Sequence record: OZ240615.1
DNA: 64,000 nt
Direction: 5' to 3' (one strand)
Below are positions 42,817 to 52,159 of the stretch, in pieces (within the stretch, counting starts at the first letter, position 1; each line of letters starts with the position of its first letter). Both the position numbers and the translations under genes were made by a program. The notes below the pieces were generated by a model. The model was not told the DNA's origin and did no database searches. It worked only from the letters and a program-made list of their open reading frames with translations.

Positions 42817-43676
42817 TTCACGCGTCCATCGTTAGCGGTTAAATAGGATTGGGTCGGTAACCCGTCGTCGGTGATGTTTTCCCACCACACGTTAGTCGAG
42901 AAAATCTGATCGAAGGCAGCGGAAAGCTCACCTAGTCCTTTCGAGAAAATACCGTGAGTCACGAAGAGACTGAGCGATTTCGGGTTCTGAGTACTGAGCT
43001 TTTTCGCCAGCTCAGTGAAGGTCCACCCGCCGTCGCAAATGTCATCAACAACCAACAGATTACGACCTTCGATATTGTCGTTGTCCAGTAGCGTAATGTC
43101 GAGGATATTGCCGGTTTTGGTATCGCGCTTTTTGTTTGCATAAACGATAGGCGCACCACCCAAGAGTTTCGCCAGCTCTTCAGTTTTCTTCGCAGCTCCA
43201 CCGTCAGGGGAAACTAACACGACGTTATTCTCCCGAATCCAATTGGCCAGGAGATTAAAGACTATTTTGGGCTGCTCCAGAACGACGAGGTTTTTGATCA
43301 GGGCCGGGGTGACGTTAGAGTGCGGATCGTGTATCAACACCCGGTCTGCTTTCAGGCTGTTGAACAGCTCTGCGAATACGCCGAGGGAGAACGATTCTCC
43401 TGCATTACACACGCGGTCTTGGCGTGCGTACGGGAAATACGGCACGGTTAAATGAAGTTCTGTTTTCGCCGTGTATTTACCAATGCGACGAATAGCATCA
43501 ACAAGCAGCAGGAGGCGGACTGCCTCAGTGGAAGATTTGATACTTCCTTCTATTTTAACGATACCAATATCGTGCGGAGGAAGACCGTGGCGATTAATTG
43601 CAATATGTTCTTCCCCGCCCGGGAACGTTAAGTTTTCATAAAGGACGGGTTGTCCATCGAACGTAACTTTAAACAT
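42813..43676 (-). CDS. prs: ribose-phosphate pyrophosphokinase family (candidate Adps of NARP1)
   Basis: FPGGE, PYFPYARQDR, DPHS, SPDGGA, VVDDICDGGWT, VTHGIFS; start revised to MFKVTF. Confidence 0.9.
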   Translation of the reverse strand: MFKVTFDGQPVLYENLTFPGGEEHIAINRHGLPPHDIGIVKIEGSIKSSTEAVRLLLLVDAIRRIGKYTAKTELHLTVPYFPYARQDRVCNAGESFSLGVFAELFNSLKADRVLIHDPHSNVTPALIKNLVVLEQPKIVFNLLANWIRENNVVLVSPDGGAAKKTEELAKLLGGAPIVYANKKRDTKTGNILDITLLDNDNIEGRNLLVVDDICDGGWTFTELAKKLSTQNPKSLSLFVTHGIFSKGLGELSAAFDQIFSTNVWWENITDDGLPTQSYLTANDGRVK

Positions 43677-43724
43677 TGTAACCCCTTTAAAAATGGTAAA
43701 CAATAATCTTCAAAATAAATATTA

Positions 43725-44264
43725 TCAGCGTGTTATCGGATTCTGGACTTTCACGTAGGTGGAAAATCGACACCGTTCGTGCCAACTAAACTCGTGAGTT
43801 TCGAGTACCCAACCCTTATGGACCGTAGTGTAAGAGAGTAGTTTACCGAGCTCCTGAATAAGATCGATATCTAACTTTATATTACCGTTGGAGTGAATGG
43901 GGATTTCCGTGACGTAGATCTTCTGTACACGATCGATCAGTTGTTTGTAGATACTGACCCCTCCGCAGATAACAACCTCGTTGTAGCCTCTTCTAGAGGC
44001 ATCTACGGCGATATCTTCGAATGAGCTGTAGGCAATGATATCGGGGATAGATTCGAATTGAGAAGGGTTGCTTGTCAGAACGTAATGGGTACGTCCCGGT
44101 AAAGCCCGCCCTATTCCTTTTGCTGTAGTAGAGCCCATGACAATCGCTTTATTTTTGGTTTTCCTGACGAACCATTGCATATCTTCTTCAGAACGCCAAG
44201 GGAGTTTATCGTCTTGACCAATGACGAAATCAAGATCGTGTGCTACGATGAGAGAGAAAATCAT
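43725..44264 (-). CDS. folA: dihydrofolate reductase
   Basis: LIVA...VIG.DDKLPW...DM, VMG.TT..IGRALPGR, VICGG..IY; start revised to MIFSLI. Confidence 0.9.
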   Translation of the reverse strand: MIFSLIVAHDLDFVIGQDDKLPWRSEEDMQWFVRKTKNKAIVMGSTTAKGIGRALPGRTHYVLTSNPSQFESIPDIIAYSSFEDIAVDASRRGYNEVVICGGVSIYKQLIDRVQKIYVTEIPIHSNGNIKLDIDLIQELGKLLSYTTVHKGWVLETHEFSWHERCRFSTYVKVQNPITR

Positions 44265-44316
44265 AATTGCCTCTGCTGTGATGAATTCAGAATAAAAGAA
44301 AAGAACGTGATAATAA

Positions 44317-44344
44317 ATACAGGTGAGCCTAGGCTCACCTGTAT
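44317..44344 (-). terminator. Perfect palindrome/terminator after tailspike
   Basis: ATACAGGTGAGC-CTAG-GCTCACCTGTAT. Confidence 0.75.
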
Positions 44345-44355
44345 AAGATAACTTA

Positions 44356-46452
44356 TTAAGAGAAGATCCAAGCGTTTCTGGTTGAATTCCAGATAAACTC
44401 ATAAGTCCCCGGTGCAGAAATTACAACGGACGTTAGTGATGCACCACCCGGTCCATAGATAGTAGCGATCGTAGAGTCTGCGTTTGCCGTAGGTGTAAAA
44501 GTGTAATTTCCTGCGGTTACCACCTTTTTAAATCGAATCACCTGACCGTTCGTTAATGAAGACGTTTGAGGTAAAGTGAATGCACTATCACTAGTATTAA
44601 TGGCGTAGTAACAATAAGCAATGTTTGTACTAGGAATAGCTGCACCGTTTGCAATTTCGGAGAAATTGATTTGAGGAGCAGACAGGCTATAGAGGAAAAG
44701 TCTTCCTTGATTCCAACCTATAAGGTTTGTGGGTGCTGCGTCGCCCGTCCCGCCCATTAGATTTGTAGGCGTGAGCTGAAGGCCGTTATACGTCTTGTAG
44801 TAAGTTTTGGCGGCGTATGTTACCGTTGTAGGTGTATAAGCAAAAGTCTGTACCGAATGCTTAAATCCGACCTGTAGACCATTTTGATCGAATCTAGAAG
44901 CCTCGGTATCAAAGTTGCTATAGGAAATTTCGGCACTGACACCTGCATTAGTTGTACCAAAATTACCATAGACATCATTCATCGATGACATGTTCAAAGA
45001 AGACGCAGTGCCTTCCCGGTAAATACAGTACGCTACACGTCTCTCGGTGAGGGTTCCGCCGTAATTGTAGTGGACATTATTAGCTTTAAAGTTAGTGATA
45101 CTTTTAGCAATGCGGATGTTAGCATACTTATTAGTAGTGACGTCATCGGAAGTGGCGCTTTGCCAACCATTAGCAAAGAATAAGTTATCTGTGCAGACAT
45201 GACCCTCAGTCCCGCCAGCGGTGTTAAAATAAATACCATTTTTACCGTTGGTATTAAAATGGTTTCGTGTGATTGCAGTTACAACCGCTAGAGGTCCTAA
45301 TGTTAAGCCATTTCCTTGGTTTTCGTAGCTCTCAGAGTTAGACATCCTGAAGGAGCCGCAGTTAGCGTATATCCCTTCCGCAGAAAGTGACCTGCCGAAC
45401 GAACAAGAGTCTAACAACCAATCTACCGCACTAGGAATGTACAAACATTGTAGACCGCAATAGAGGACAGACGAATAGTCGATACGGCCCATATTTCGGT
45501 TAGTCCCGGCATAAATCCCATAACCAGAATAATTACTGACGGTGCAACTTTCCATTTGGATAGAAGTCTGATACGAAGACTGATCATTAATCCAAATCGC
45601 ATTCAGCGCACCAAGGGTGGTAGGGGGCGTGGGAGAAACTCGACTTCCTACTGTTGTCCAGTCCCCGACTAAGTTCAAATTCTTAAATGTCGGCGCTAAA
45701 TAAGTTGCTACAGTAAAATGATTCCCTGTTGTCCCTGGGACGGGTGACAATTGAGTACTAGCGCGTTTACTGGTCCCACTTAAAGTCGTAGGTGCGTTTA
45801 AAACCAAGTTACCTGTCAAGTAAGTCGCGTTATCCCGAAATCTAACCTCTCCTTTTTTAGCGACATTAATCGCATTTTGAATAGCGTTAGTGTCGTCCGA
45901 CGAACCATCGCCTTTTGCCCCAAACCAATCAACGATATAAAAAGGGACGTCAACAATACGTTGCCAATAGTACCCGCTACCGGCCGCAATCACTCCGCCA
46001 TCATCGGTTTTAGTCCCTTTATACCCAACAAAGATGCCCCCGCCGATATTTGTTCCTTTATTCCAACCGAGAAGCGTCACTCGTTGTCCTTCGTAAACAA
46101 CAGGTAAGGTACGTAGCGTTGCAAAACCATCAACTTCTAAAACTAACTGGGTGGAAATACTTTGCTGTAATTTCCCGTAATAGTCAAAAGTAGCAAAAGA
46201 GTAATGGGTATCAACTAATAAATCTACAGAGTTACCATTGGCGTCTATCGGGTTACCTGTAGCTGACAACGCTATTGGTTGTGTTAATGCTACTACTGTC
46301 CCATCGCTTTTCCGTCCGGTAACAGTTAATCGATTAGCTGCGACCGTAGGGTCTGTCCCAGCAGCACCGATATAGAGTGTGCCATTCTTTGCTGGGCGAA
46401 ATCCATCAGCTAAAGAGAAGCTTGAATTCTGAGGTGAAACGATATTAGACAT
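44356..46452 (-). CDS. tailspike/depolymerase with P22-type N-terminal head-binding domain and beta-helix
   Basis: N-terminus (KNGTLYIGAAGTDP...LTQPIALSATG...HYSFATFD) resembles P22 gp9 head-binding domain; WFGAKGDGSSDDT; Asn-rich repeats; start revised to MSNIVS. Confidence 0.85.
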   Translation of the reverse strand: MSNIVSPQNSSFSLADGFRPAKNGTLYIGAAGTDPTVAANRLTVTGRKSDGTVVALTQPIALSATGNPIDANGNSVDLLVDTHYSFATFDYYGKLQQSISTQLVLEVDGFATLRTLPVVYEGQRVTLLGWNKGTNIGGGIFVGYKGTKTDDGGVIAAGSGYYWQRIVDVPFYIVDWFGAKGDGSSDDTNAIQNAINVAKKGEVRFRDNATYLTGNLVLNAPTTLSGTSKRASTQLSPVPGTTGNHFTVATYLAPTFKNLNLVGDWTTVGSRVSPTPPTTLGALNAIWINDQSSYQTSIQMESCTVSNYSGYGIYAGTNRNMGRIDYSSVLYCGLQCLYIPSAVDWLLDSCSFGRSLSAEGIYANCGSFRMSNSESYENQGNGLTLGPLAVVTAITRNHFNTNGKNGIYFNTAGGTEGHVCTDNLFFANGWQSATSDDVTTNKYANIRIAKSITNFKANNVHYNYGGTLTERRVAYCIYREGTASSLNMSSMNDVYGNFGTTNAGVSAEISYSNFDTEASRFDQNGLQVGFKHSVQTFAYTPTTVTYAAKTYYKTYNGLQLTPTNLMGGTGDAAPTNLIGWNQGRLFLYSLSAPQINFSEIANGAAIPSTNIAYCYYAINTSDSAFTLPQTSSLTNGQVIRFKKVVTAGNYTFTPTANADSTIATIYGPGGASLTSVVISAPGTYEFIWNSTRNAWIFS

Positions 46453-46545
46453 ATTGACTCTCTCTAATAGATAAAAGTTTACATACGAATCTTCGTAACC
46501 TTTTGAGAGAATCTTAAAAGTAATCAAAAAAAGAAGTAGTCATAG

Positions 46546-46576
46546 CCCTAGGGGATCCATTACGGATCCCCTAGGG
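46546..46576 (-). terminator. Intrinsic terminator
   Basis: CCCTAGGGGATCC-ATTAC-GGATCCCCTAGGG. Confidence 0.7.
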
Positions 46577-46599
46577 TACGTTCGCGCCGGAAAGCGGAA

Positions 46600-47322
46600 T
46601 TATTTAAACGCCGGGTGCAATTTGATCACTTTCACTTCCGCAGCGAGAGCTTTGTCAGCTTTGGCTTCGGCGAGGTCGATGGCTTGCTGGAGGTTAACCC
46701 AGAATTCGACAGTGGTTTTGGTGGCTTTTGCCAGGCGGTAGGCGGTGCGGATGGTCAGTTTGGATTTGCCGTCGAGCAGACGCGACAGCGTTGACGTTGC
46801 CAGACCGATGTGTTTGGCGAAATCAGTCGGGGCGATACCAGCGGGTTCCAGGTACTCTTTCAGGAGAATTTCACCTGGAGTGGAGGGTTTGCGTGCTTTT
46901 GCCATTTTTTGGTATTCCTTTGGTTTATAAGGAGAAGTTAGTGGTGCGTTGTTACACAATACTACTTCTTGACGTGAAAGATTACCCGGAAAGAGAATCG
47001 ATCCGACGACGAAAATCCCTTGTTTTAAACCGTCCGGGGTATTACGGAACAGCGTAATCTGATTTTTGTTTTTCGCCAGAAGATCGGTGAGTAGTTTCAC
47101 GTAATAATCTGACGGGTTATCGAGATCGCGTAGCAGGAGAACCTCGGCTTCCGCGAAACTGATCCTCTTCTCCTGCACTATCGACATTTGCAGCGGGAAC
47201 TTCAGTTTATGGACCAGGATCTCGTACGGTAACGAAATCACCTCTTTCGGATTATTCTCTTTATCAAGAATGTACCGATTGAGTTCTTCATCTTTGATGT
47301 TTTTGTTCACGTAGTGAATCAT
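46600..47322 (-). CDS. higA: unknown N-terminal domain fused to (or in frame with) a HigA-family HTH antitoxin domain
   Basis: STPGEILLKEYLEP.GI...FAKHIG...STLSRLL.GK...T...AYRLAK..TT.EFWVNLQ; internal SD AAGGA and ATG at 46905. Confidence 0.8.
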   Translation of the reverse strand: MIHYVNKNIKDEELNRYILDKENNPKEVISLPYEILVHKLKFPLQMSIVQEKRISFAEAEVLLLRDLDNPSDYYVKLLTDLLAKNKNQITLFRNTPDGLKQGIFVVGSILFPGNLSRQEVVLCNNAPLTSPYKPKEYQKMAKARKPSTPGEILLKEYLEPAGIAPTDFAKHIGLATSTLSRLLDGKSKLTIRTAYRLAKATKTTVEFWVNLQQAIDLAEAKADKALAAEVKVIKLHPAFK

Positions 47323-47377
47323 TTCGTTCTCCTTTATTTACAGATAGGTGACCGTTTGTTGCCACCAACCGCCAAAA

Positions 47378-47791
47378 TTATTTGGTATAAACGAACCCAC
47401 TCAAAGTCATACCTACCAAAGGATACGGTTTGACATTCTCTTCGTTGTCTAACATGATGGCAACAACGGAGAGGGTAGGGTTGCCAGGGTCGGTTATTCG
47501 GTATTCTCCGCCCAGAAGAATTTTCCCTTCCTGTCTTTCAACTACTCCGGTGTGCGGTACTAAAACAGAGAAGTTATCTTCTTTCGTCATAGCGAAAGGG
47601 ATGTTAACCGGGATTGGTAAATATCTGTTTTCCGCATGTACCGCAAACACGAGACCGTCGATCAATATGGCGGGATGAGCTTCAAGTGATTGATCGGAAA
47701 AATCCGGGTAGGCTTTGAGGAAATTGAGTAATGGTAAAGGGTTATAACCATATACCGGCACCCAGATATCGTTAAATTTTTTTGCTTCCAC
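47378..47791 (-). CDS. hypothetical protein (GTG start)
   Basis: AAGGA SD. Confidence 0.6.
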   Translation of the reverse strand: MEAKKFNDIWVPVYGYNPLPLLNFLKAYPDFSDQSLEAHPAILIDGLVFAVHAENRYLPIPVNIPFAMTKEDNFSVLVPHTGVVERQEGKILLGGEYRITDPGNPTLSVVAIMLDNEENVKPYPLVGMTLSGFVYTK

Positions 47792-47832
47792 GTTATGAAT
47801 TCCTTCAAGTAATTGGTTAGCTACAAAGTACT

Positions 47833-48297
47833 TTATCCGATAGTGATAATACGCTCTTCAAATCTGAGCGGGTTAGGAATGTTGACGTTATCCATTTCTG
47901 AGAGGTAATACGCAGTGAGTTCCCGGGTAAAGAGAGAAACGCCAGTTTCTACTAACGCGAGAGCGTCTGCGACTTTGATGACAATATTGTTCCAGAAGTC
48001 GCTTTTTACTTTCACTTTTAACGTAGGAAACTTCCCGTCGGCAATAAAATCCAGCCCGTATTCAAACTTCAGATGATCAGAGCAACCATATTCTGTTTCG
48101 ATGTGTAAGTCCGATAGTCTTTCCCTCAGTCTCTCCTCAGTCATCGTAGGCATAACTATACATAGGTCGATATCATTTTCGTTCTTCTCTGCATTACAGA
48201 GAATGAAGACCATTTGCTGATTGCTCATTTTATTCCCTCTCTTAAGGCATGACAACCCAATAAGGATCGTCGAGATTGTCGGCGCACCACCGCGCAA
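47833..48297 (-). CDS. hypothetical protein (start probably MSNQQM)
   Basis: GAGGG SD before the internal Met. Confidence 0.55.
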   Translation of the reverse strand: MRGGAPTISTILIGLSCLKRGNKMSNQQMVFILCNAEKNENDIDLCIVMPTMTEERLRERLSDLHIETEYGCSDHLKFEYGLDFIADGKFPTLKVKVKSDFWNNIVIKVADALALVETGVSLFTRELTAYYLSEMDNVNIPNPLRFEERIITIG

Positions 48298-48607
48298 CCT
48301 TTAAGAATTCTTCAAAGTCAGAAAACCCAATATTGTTGCGTTGTTCTTTCGTCATAGGCCAGCGCGTCAGTAACTGAAGTTTCTCCAGGAAGAAGTCATC
48401 TATTTTACCGTAACAAATCCCATCCTTTTCTCGTCCACTGAAAACAATATTGAGATAGTTGTTAGTGAAGTTGGCCACCGAATAATAAGTGGAATGGTTA
48501 ATGAACAATGAATTATCTATTGGGCAGGTACTGGGGACTTGCGCAAAAAGTTTATTACCGTCCTCGGTGTCTTCTTTGAGCTCACCAAATTGAAATAAGA
48601 TTGCCAT
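48242..48607 (-). CDS. hypothetical protein
   Basis: AAGGA SD. Confidence 0.6.
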   Translation of the reverse strand: MAILFQFGELKEDTEDGNKLFAQVPSTCPIDNSLFINHSTYYSVANFTNNYLNIVFSGREKDGICYGKIDDFFLEKLQLLTRWPMTKEQRNNIGFSDFEEFLKVARWCADNLDDPYWVVMP

Positions 48608-48631
48608 TCATTCTATCCTTTATAGCACGAA

Positions 48632-48656
48632 TCCTAGGAGAGGTTATCTCCTAGGA
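48632..48656. terminator. Stem-loop
   Basis: TCCTAGGAGA-GGTTA-TCTCCTAGGA. Confidence 0.55.
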
Positions 48657-48667
48657 CGCTGAGGTTA

Positions 48668-49435
48668 TTAAATGTTTTTAATTTTCTCTTGAGTTGCTAT
48701 TGTGTTCTGTGCGAGAGAAATTAAATCCGGTAACACCTTTTTGATATTTGGATACGACAAATCGAGATTGCTGATTTTAACTTGTACCAGGGCTTGCCAA
48801 CGTTCGCAATAATCACCAAACTGAATGACCTTGAGACGATAAGTGATGTTAGTCCCGATATAGCGAAAATCATCGCATTCTTTCCGCACGGCCTGCGGAT
48901 GAATAACCCTTTCAATCAATACCCATCTAGCAACACCATTCACGTCGATTTTAACTCTTTCACGAGAGGTCATTGCGATGCCTTGATTTATCATTTTGCG
49001 AATATTTGGCTTATATTCGTTTTCATGATCGGTGCTGTCAAGGGACTGAATAACCTTCAGTAAATAATTACCGTCCTCATCTGCGGAAATAAATTTCATC
49101 CATTCGTACCAATCCAATTTTTTGTACTTACTCCGCAAATAACGCGTAACAAGAATCCTTCCTCGTTCCTCTACGATGGCCCTGACTGCGTTTTCTGGAT
49201 TGTAGTATTCAAATTGACTATGGAAGCCGTTTACAATACCAACTTCTAATTCATACCGAAGAATATCGTTACTGTCGGTAATTAACAGTCGACCGTTGCG
49301 ATTCTTTTTCTTAGAAGCAAGAAATAGAACATTGAACTCGGGGGAGGTATCATACCTCTTTTTCAGTAGAAACCCTTTCTCTTCGATTGAATTTTTAACT
49401 TCTTCACCTACAGTAAATAATTTACGCATTTTCAT
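48668..49435 (-). CDS. hypothetical protein
   Basis: ORF track; packing. Confidence 0.6.
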   Translation of the reverse strand: MKMRKLFTVGEEVKNSIEEKGFLLKKRYDTSPEFNVLFLASKKKNRNGRLLITDSNDILRYELEVGIVNGFHSQFEYYNPENAVRAIVEERGRILVTRYLRSKYKKLDWYEWMKFISADEDGNYLLKVIQSLDSTDHENEYKPNIRKMINQGIAMTSRERVKIDVNGVARWVLIERVIHPQAVRKECDDFRYIGTNITYRLKVIQFGDYCERWQALVQVKISNLDLSYPNIKKVLPDLISLAQNTIATQEKIKNI

Positions 49436-49492
49436 TTTCTCTTAGTTGAATAAAACGCGGGTTTGACCGCCCGCTTCGGTTTACAAATAGGA

Positions 49493-50317
49493 TTACATTC
49501 CTGCAACAACAGACTGTAACCAATTCCCCACGATCTTCTGATTGCGCAGAGAAAGATTCGCTGAACTGAAATCTTCTTCTACAATCGTCATCTGATAGCC
49601 TTGGTCGTATTTTGGAACGTCCAATGCAGGAGAGATGAAGAAGTTACGCGTTGGTTTAAATCCGGCTCGCTCAACCTGGGTCATGAAAGGTCTCTCCTCC
49701 CCGTTAAGATCTGGGTGGTATTCGATTTCCGCTTTAAACTGAACATGCGCTCTGATCCCGTCAAATAACGCATAGTACATATCTGTTTTCTTCGGCTTGA
49801 GACTTCCTGATTTTTTGAAACGTTTCCCGTTATCGAGTACTGGTACGTTGATCTCACGCTCTGCGCAATACTCACTGATAGTGGGTAAGAAAGGATCGAT
49901 ACTAGAGAGGCAATTCGTGGACGTTCCCCGATAGAAAATCTGACCGCCGATAATATCAACATTTTTAATCAGGCAGTCGTAAAGATACTCGCCTAACCAT
50001 GACATCAACCGCCCGTGCTGCGAGAAACTGTCAATTCCGTTTACTTCGGTCTGGTACCGAATCCCACCCCAACCTTTAGGGTTGACCATGCGAACGATAT
50101 ACGTATCGTTGCTTTCTACGTATTCCGCAATGGACAACCAGTAGTAATTCAACGCTTTAGCAGAAGTGATGACGTGATGAAGTTTACAATTCGGACTATC
50201 GGATCCGCGTACTATCCGGTGAAACAAATTGTTCTCGGCGTGACCCGCTTTGATCACCATCTCCGGAACCAGAGGGTGAACGTTGTAGTGATTTTTAGTG
50301 CTAGGTAAAATAATCAT
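49493..50317 (-). CDS. hypothetical protein
   Basis: AAGGA SD; first gene after promoter copy 7. Confidence 0.65.
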   Translation of the reverse strand: MIILPSTKNHYNVHPLVPEMVIKAGHAENNLFHRIVRGSDSPNCKLHHVITSAKALNYYWLSIAEYVESNDTYIVRMVNPKGWGGIRYQTEVNGIDSFSQHGRLMSWLGEYLYDCLIKNVDIIGGQIFYRGTSTNCLSSIDPFLPTISEYCAEREINVPVLDNGKRFKKSGSLKPKKTDMYYALFDGIRAHVQFKAEIEYHPDLNGEERPFMTQVERAGFKPTRNFFISPALDVPKYDQGYQMTIVEEDFSSANLSLRNQKIVGNWLQSVVAGM

Positions 50318-50412
50318 CGTGCAGTTTCCTTCTTCGTGACCAGTTAGTGGCCCGTTACGTTAGATAAGAGAATTTTAGATTCTCAGTATAGAGTGTAGAG
50401 ACTAAGTCTCTA

Positions 50413-50440
50413 CACTGAAGTGATATAGGCGTTAATTAAC
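50413..50440 (-). promoter_or_regulatory. Putative phage early promoter, copy 7, abutting an 11-bp hairpin (50392-50416)
   Basis: Minus strand AATTAACGCCTATATCACTTCAGTG; one mismatch in the T-tract. Confidence 0.6.
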
Positions 50441-50965
50441 TTGGGTCTCGGTATCCTTCACGTAAAACCCGGTTTCAATTAACAAAGAAAACCCAACAGC
50501 AGAAAGTTCAACTTGTTCACTACCATTCGCAATAACGTTGATACAACCATTTAAATGCTCAACGTTAATTCCTCCGTTGACATGAATGAACGCTTTTTCG
50601 ATTATTCCCGGAATATTGACTTCAGTTCCATTTTTTAAATCGAGAATTCTGAAGTTGCGTTCTGTGTTTTTAACGGCTGGAAAATAAGGGTACGGGACAA
50701 CGACGTGGCCGGCATATAGTAGTTCATTATCGTTACCATATTTGTTATAGCGGATAAGGACTTGGTCGACGCAAGCCTTGACAATAAATCGCATCCGCGC
50801 TTCTTCAACCGGCATTGTTGCGCACGCCAGGCTGAAAAGATTAAAACCGTCAGCGTTATCGGATTTAAAGAAAACGTCATTTCCTGTTTCAGGAATACCT
50901 GTAACAAAAAGATCCTGATTTTCTTTAGTGATTTTAAAGTCCAACTTCTTGATATCGGTAAACAT
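50432..50965 (-). CDS. hypothetical protein
   Basis: ORF track; packing. Confidence 0.6.
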   Translation of the reverse strand: MFTDIKKLDFKITKENQDLFVTGIPETGNDVFFKSDNADGFNLFSLACATMPVEEARMRFIVKACVDQVLIRYNKYGNDNELLYAGHVVVPYPYFPAVKNTERNFRILDLKNGTEVNIPGIIEKAFIHVNGGINVEHLNGCINVIANGSEQVELSAVGFSLLIETGFYVKDTETQVN

Positions 50966-50977
50966 AATTTTATACCC

Positions 50978-51262
50978 TTATTTTTTAAGTCCGACGAAAA
51001 GGTCGGGGTGATGTTTCTTACCGTAATTAAGCGCGTAATCCCAATTAACGTAACGTTTATTAGACATATACGTCGACCGAACTAACGCCATTAATAAGCG
51101 TGGCGGATAGACTTCATTGCAGAGTGAGATCAATAAATTTTCTATTAATGGTTTATTTTCTTTATTTAGTACCAGCCTCATGAGCGTTCTTGCTGCTTCT
51201 CGTTCAGTGATAGTTCCCGCTGCTATCTCGCGCATTAGAACAGAAAGAAAATCATCAGACAT
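50978..51262 (-). CDS. hypothetical protein
   Basis: ORF track; packing. Confidence 0.6.
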   Translation of the reverse strand: MSDDFLSVLMREIAAGTITEREAARTLMRLVLNKENKPLIENLLISLCNEVYPPRLLMALVRSTYMSNKRYVNWDYALNYGKKHHPDLFVGLKK

Positions 51263-51279
51263 ACCCGCCCCTTTAAGTT

Positions 51280-51717
51280 TTACTCGACGTTACTGTACTG
51301 ATCACCCACCCATACTACAGGTTTTAAAAGACCCCTGCCGATTTCCTGCTCCCGATCTTTCTGTTTATCCTCGTCAGAAAAATCGTCAATGCGCATTAAC
51401 CTATTCGATGCCAAAAGGTGATTTCCTTTATTTCCCTCTAAACTTTCATAGTGAATAATTTTAGGGGAAAATGTACGCACGCCTTCGTCAGTGTTAAAAC
51501 CTAGTATAGCTGATGTACTAAGTTCCCCCTCCAACAACCATAGTGTATCCGTTGCGTCCCCTGTAGCGCAGATCTTCTGATCGTGGTTTATAAAGAAGGT
51601 ACAGATTTTTTCGTTTTTAGGTATTAGCTCAACAACCCTGACTGTTTTCCCGACGTTATCAGGGTGATCGGGATCACTGATCACGAGCGCTAAACAACCC
51701 GCCTCGATTGGTTTCAT
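51280..51717 (-). CDS. phage hypothetical protein (GCLALVI...NVGK.VRV type)
   Basis: N-terminal motif recurrent in small phage proteins. Confidence 0.6.
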   Translation of the reverse strand: MKPIEAGCLALVISDPDHPDNVGKTVRVVELIPKNEKICTFFINHDQKICATGDATDTLWLLEGELSTSAILGFNTDEGVRTFSPKIIHYESLEGNKGNHLLASNRLMRIDDFSDEDKQKDREQEIGRGLLKPVVWVGDQYSNVE

Positions 51718-52094
51718 GCGCGTTTCTCCTGTGTAAGGAAATATTCGCGTATTCCCTCAGCTAACGGACCAAAATCGGATACCAACTGTAACAAAGCCAG
51801 TTGGTCATCGGTCTGCCGTAGTCGTTCTAACCCGATACGCGGTGGCGTTAACCCTACCTCAGTCAGTTCCAGTTTACCGAGGTATATCTTTGTCTGCCCT
51901 CGATCGAGAAACGCGTGAAAGGACAATTCCGGCCCAGTAGCAAGAATCAGCCCATCAAAGGGATTCTTCCCGCTATACACGCTTTCCCTCTGAAAATGGA
52001 AAGACGCTGCCACTTTCTCGCCTTCCCCTAATTCCTTTTGACAGTGTTTTAACCAACGTTCAGTCAATTCCGCTTCTTTGAATTTAAATTCCAT
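51714..52094 (-). CDS. hypothetical protein
   Basis: AAGGAG SD. Confidence 0.65.
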   Translation of the reverse strand: MEFKFKEAELTERWLKHCQKELGEGEKVAASFHFQRESVYSGKNPFDGLILATGPELSFHAFLDRGQTKIYLGKLELTEVGLTPPRIGLERLRQTDDQLALLQLVSDFGPLAEGIREYFLTQEKRA

Positions 52095-52119
52095 ACCGAC
52101 TCCTTATTAAACAAAATAA

Positions 52120-52147
52120 AAATATAGGGACAAACGTCCCTATATTT
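52120..52147 (-). terminator. Intrinsic terminator
   Basis: AAATATAGGGAC-AAAC-GTCCCTATATTT. Confidence 0.75.
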
Positions 52148-52159
52148 CAGTACGTACTT

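Noticed and set aside
44265-44402. N-terminal extension of DHFR
   Set aside because: Spans the tailspike 3' end and terminator; DHFR homology starts at 44264.
47378-47791. Possible HigB toxin upstream of the HigA domain
   Set aside because: No RelE/HigB-like pattern recognised and it is not adjacent to the HigA domain.
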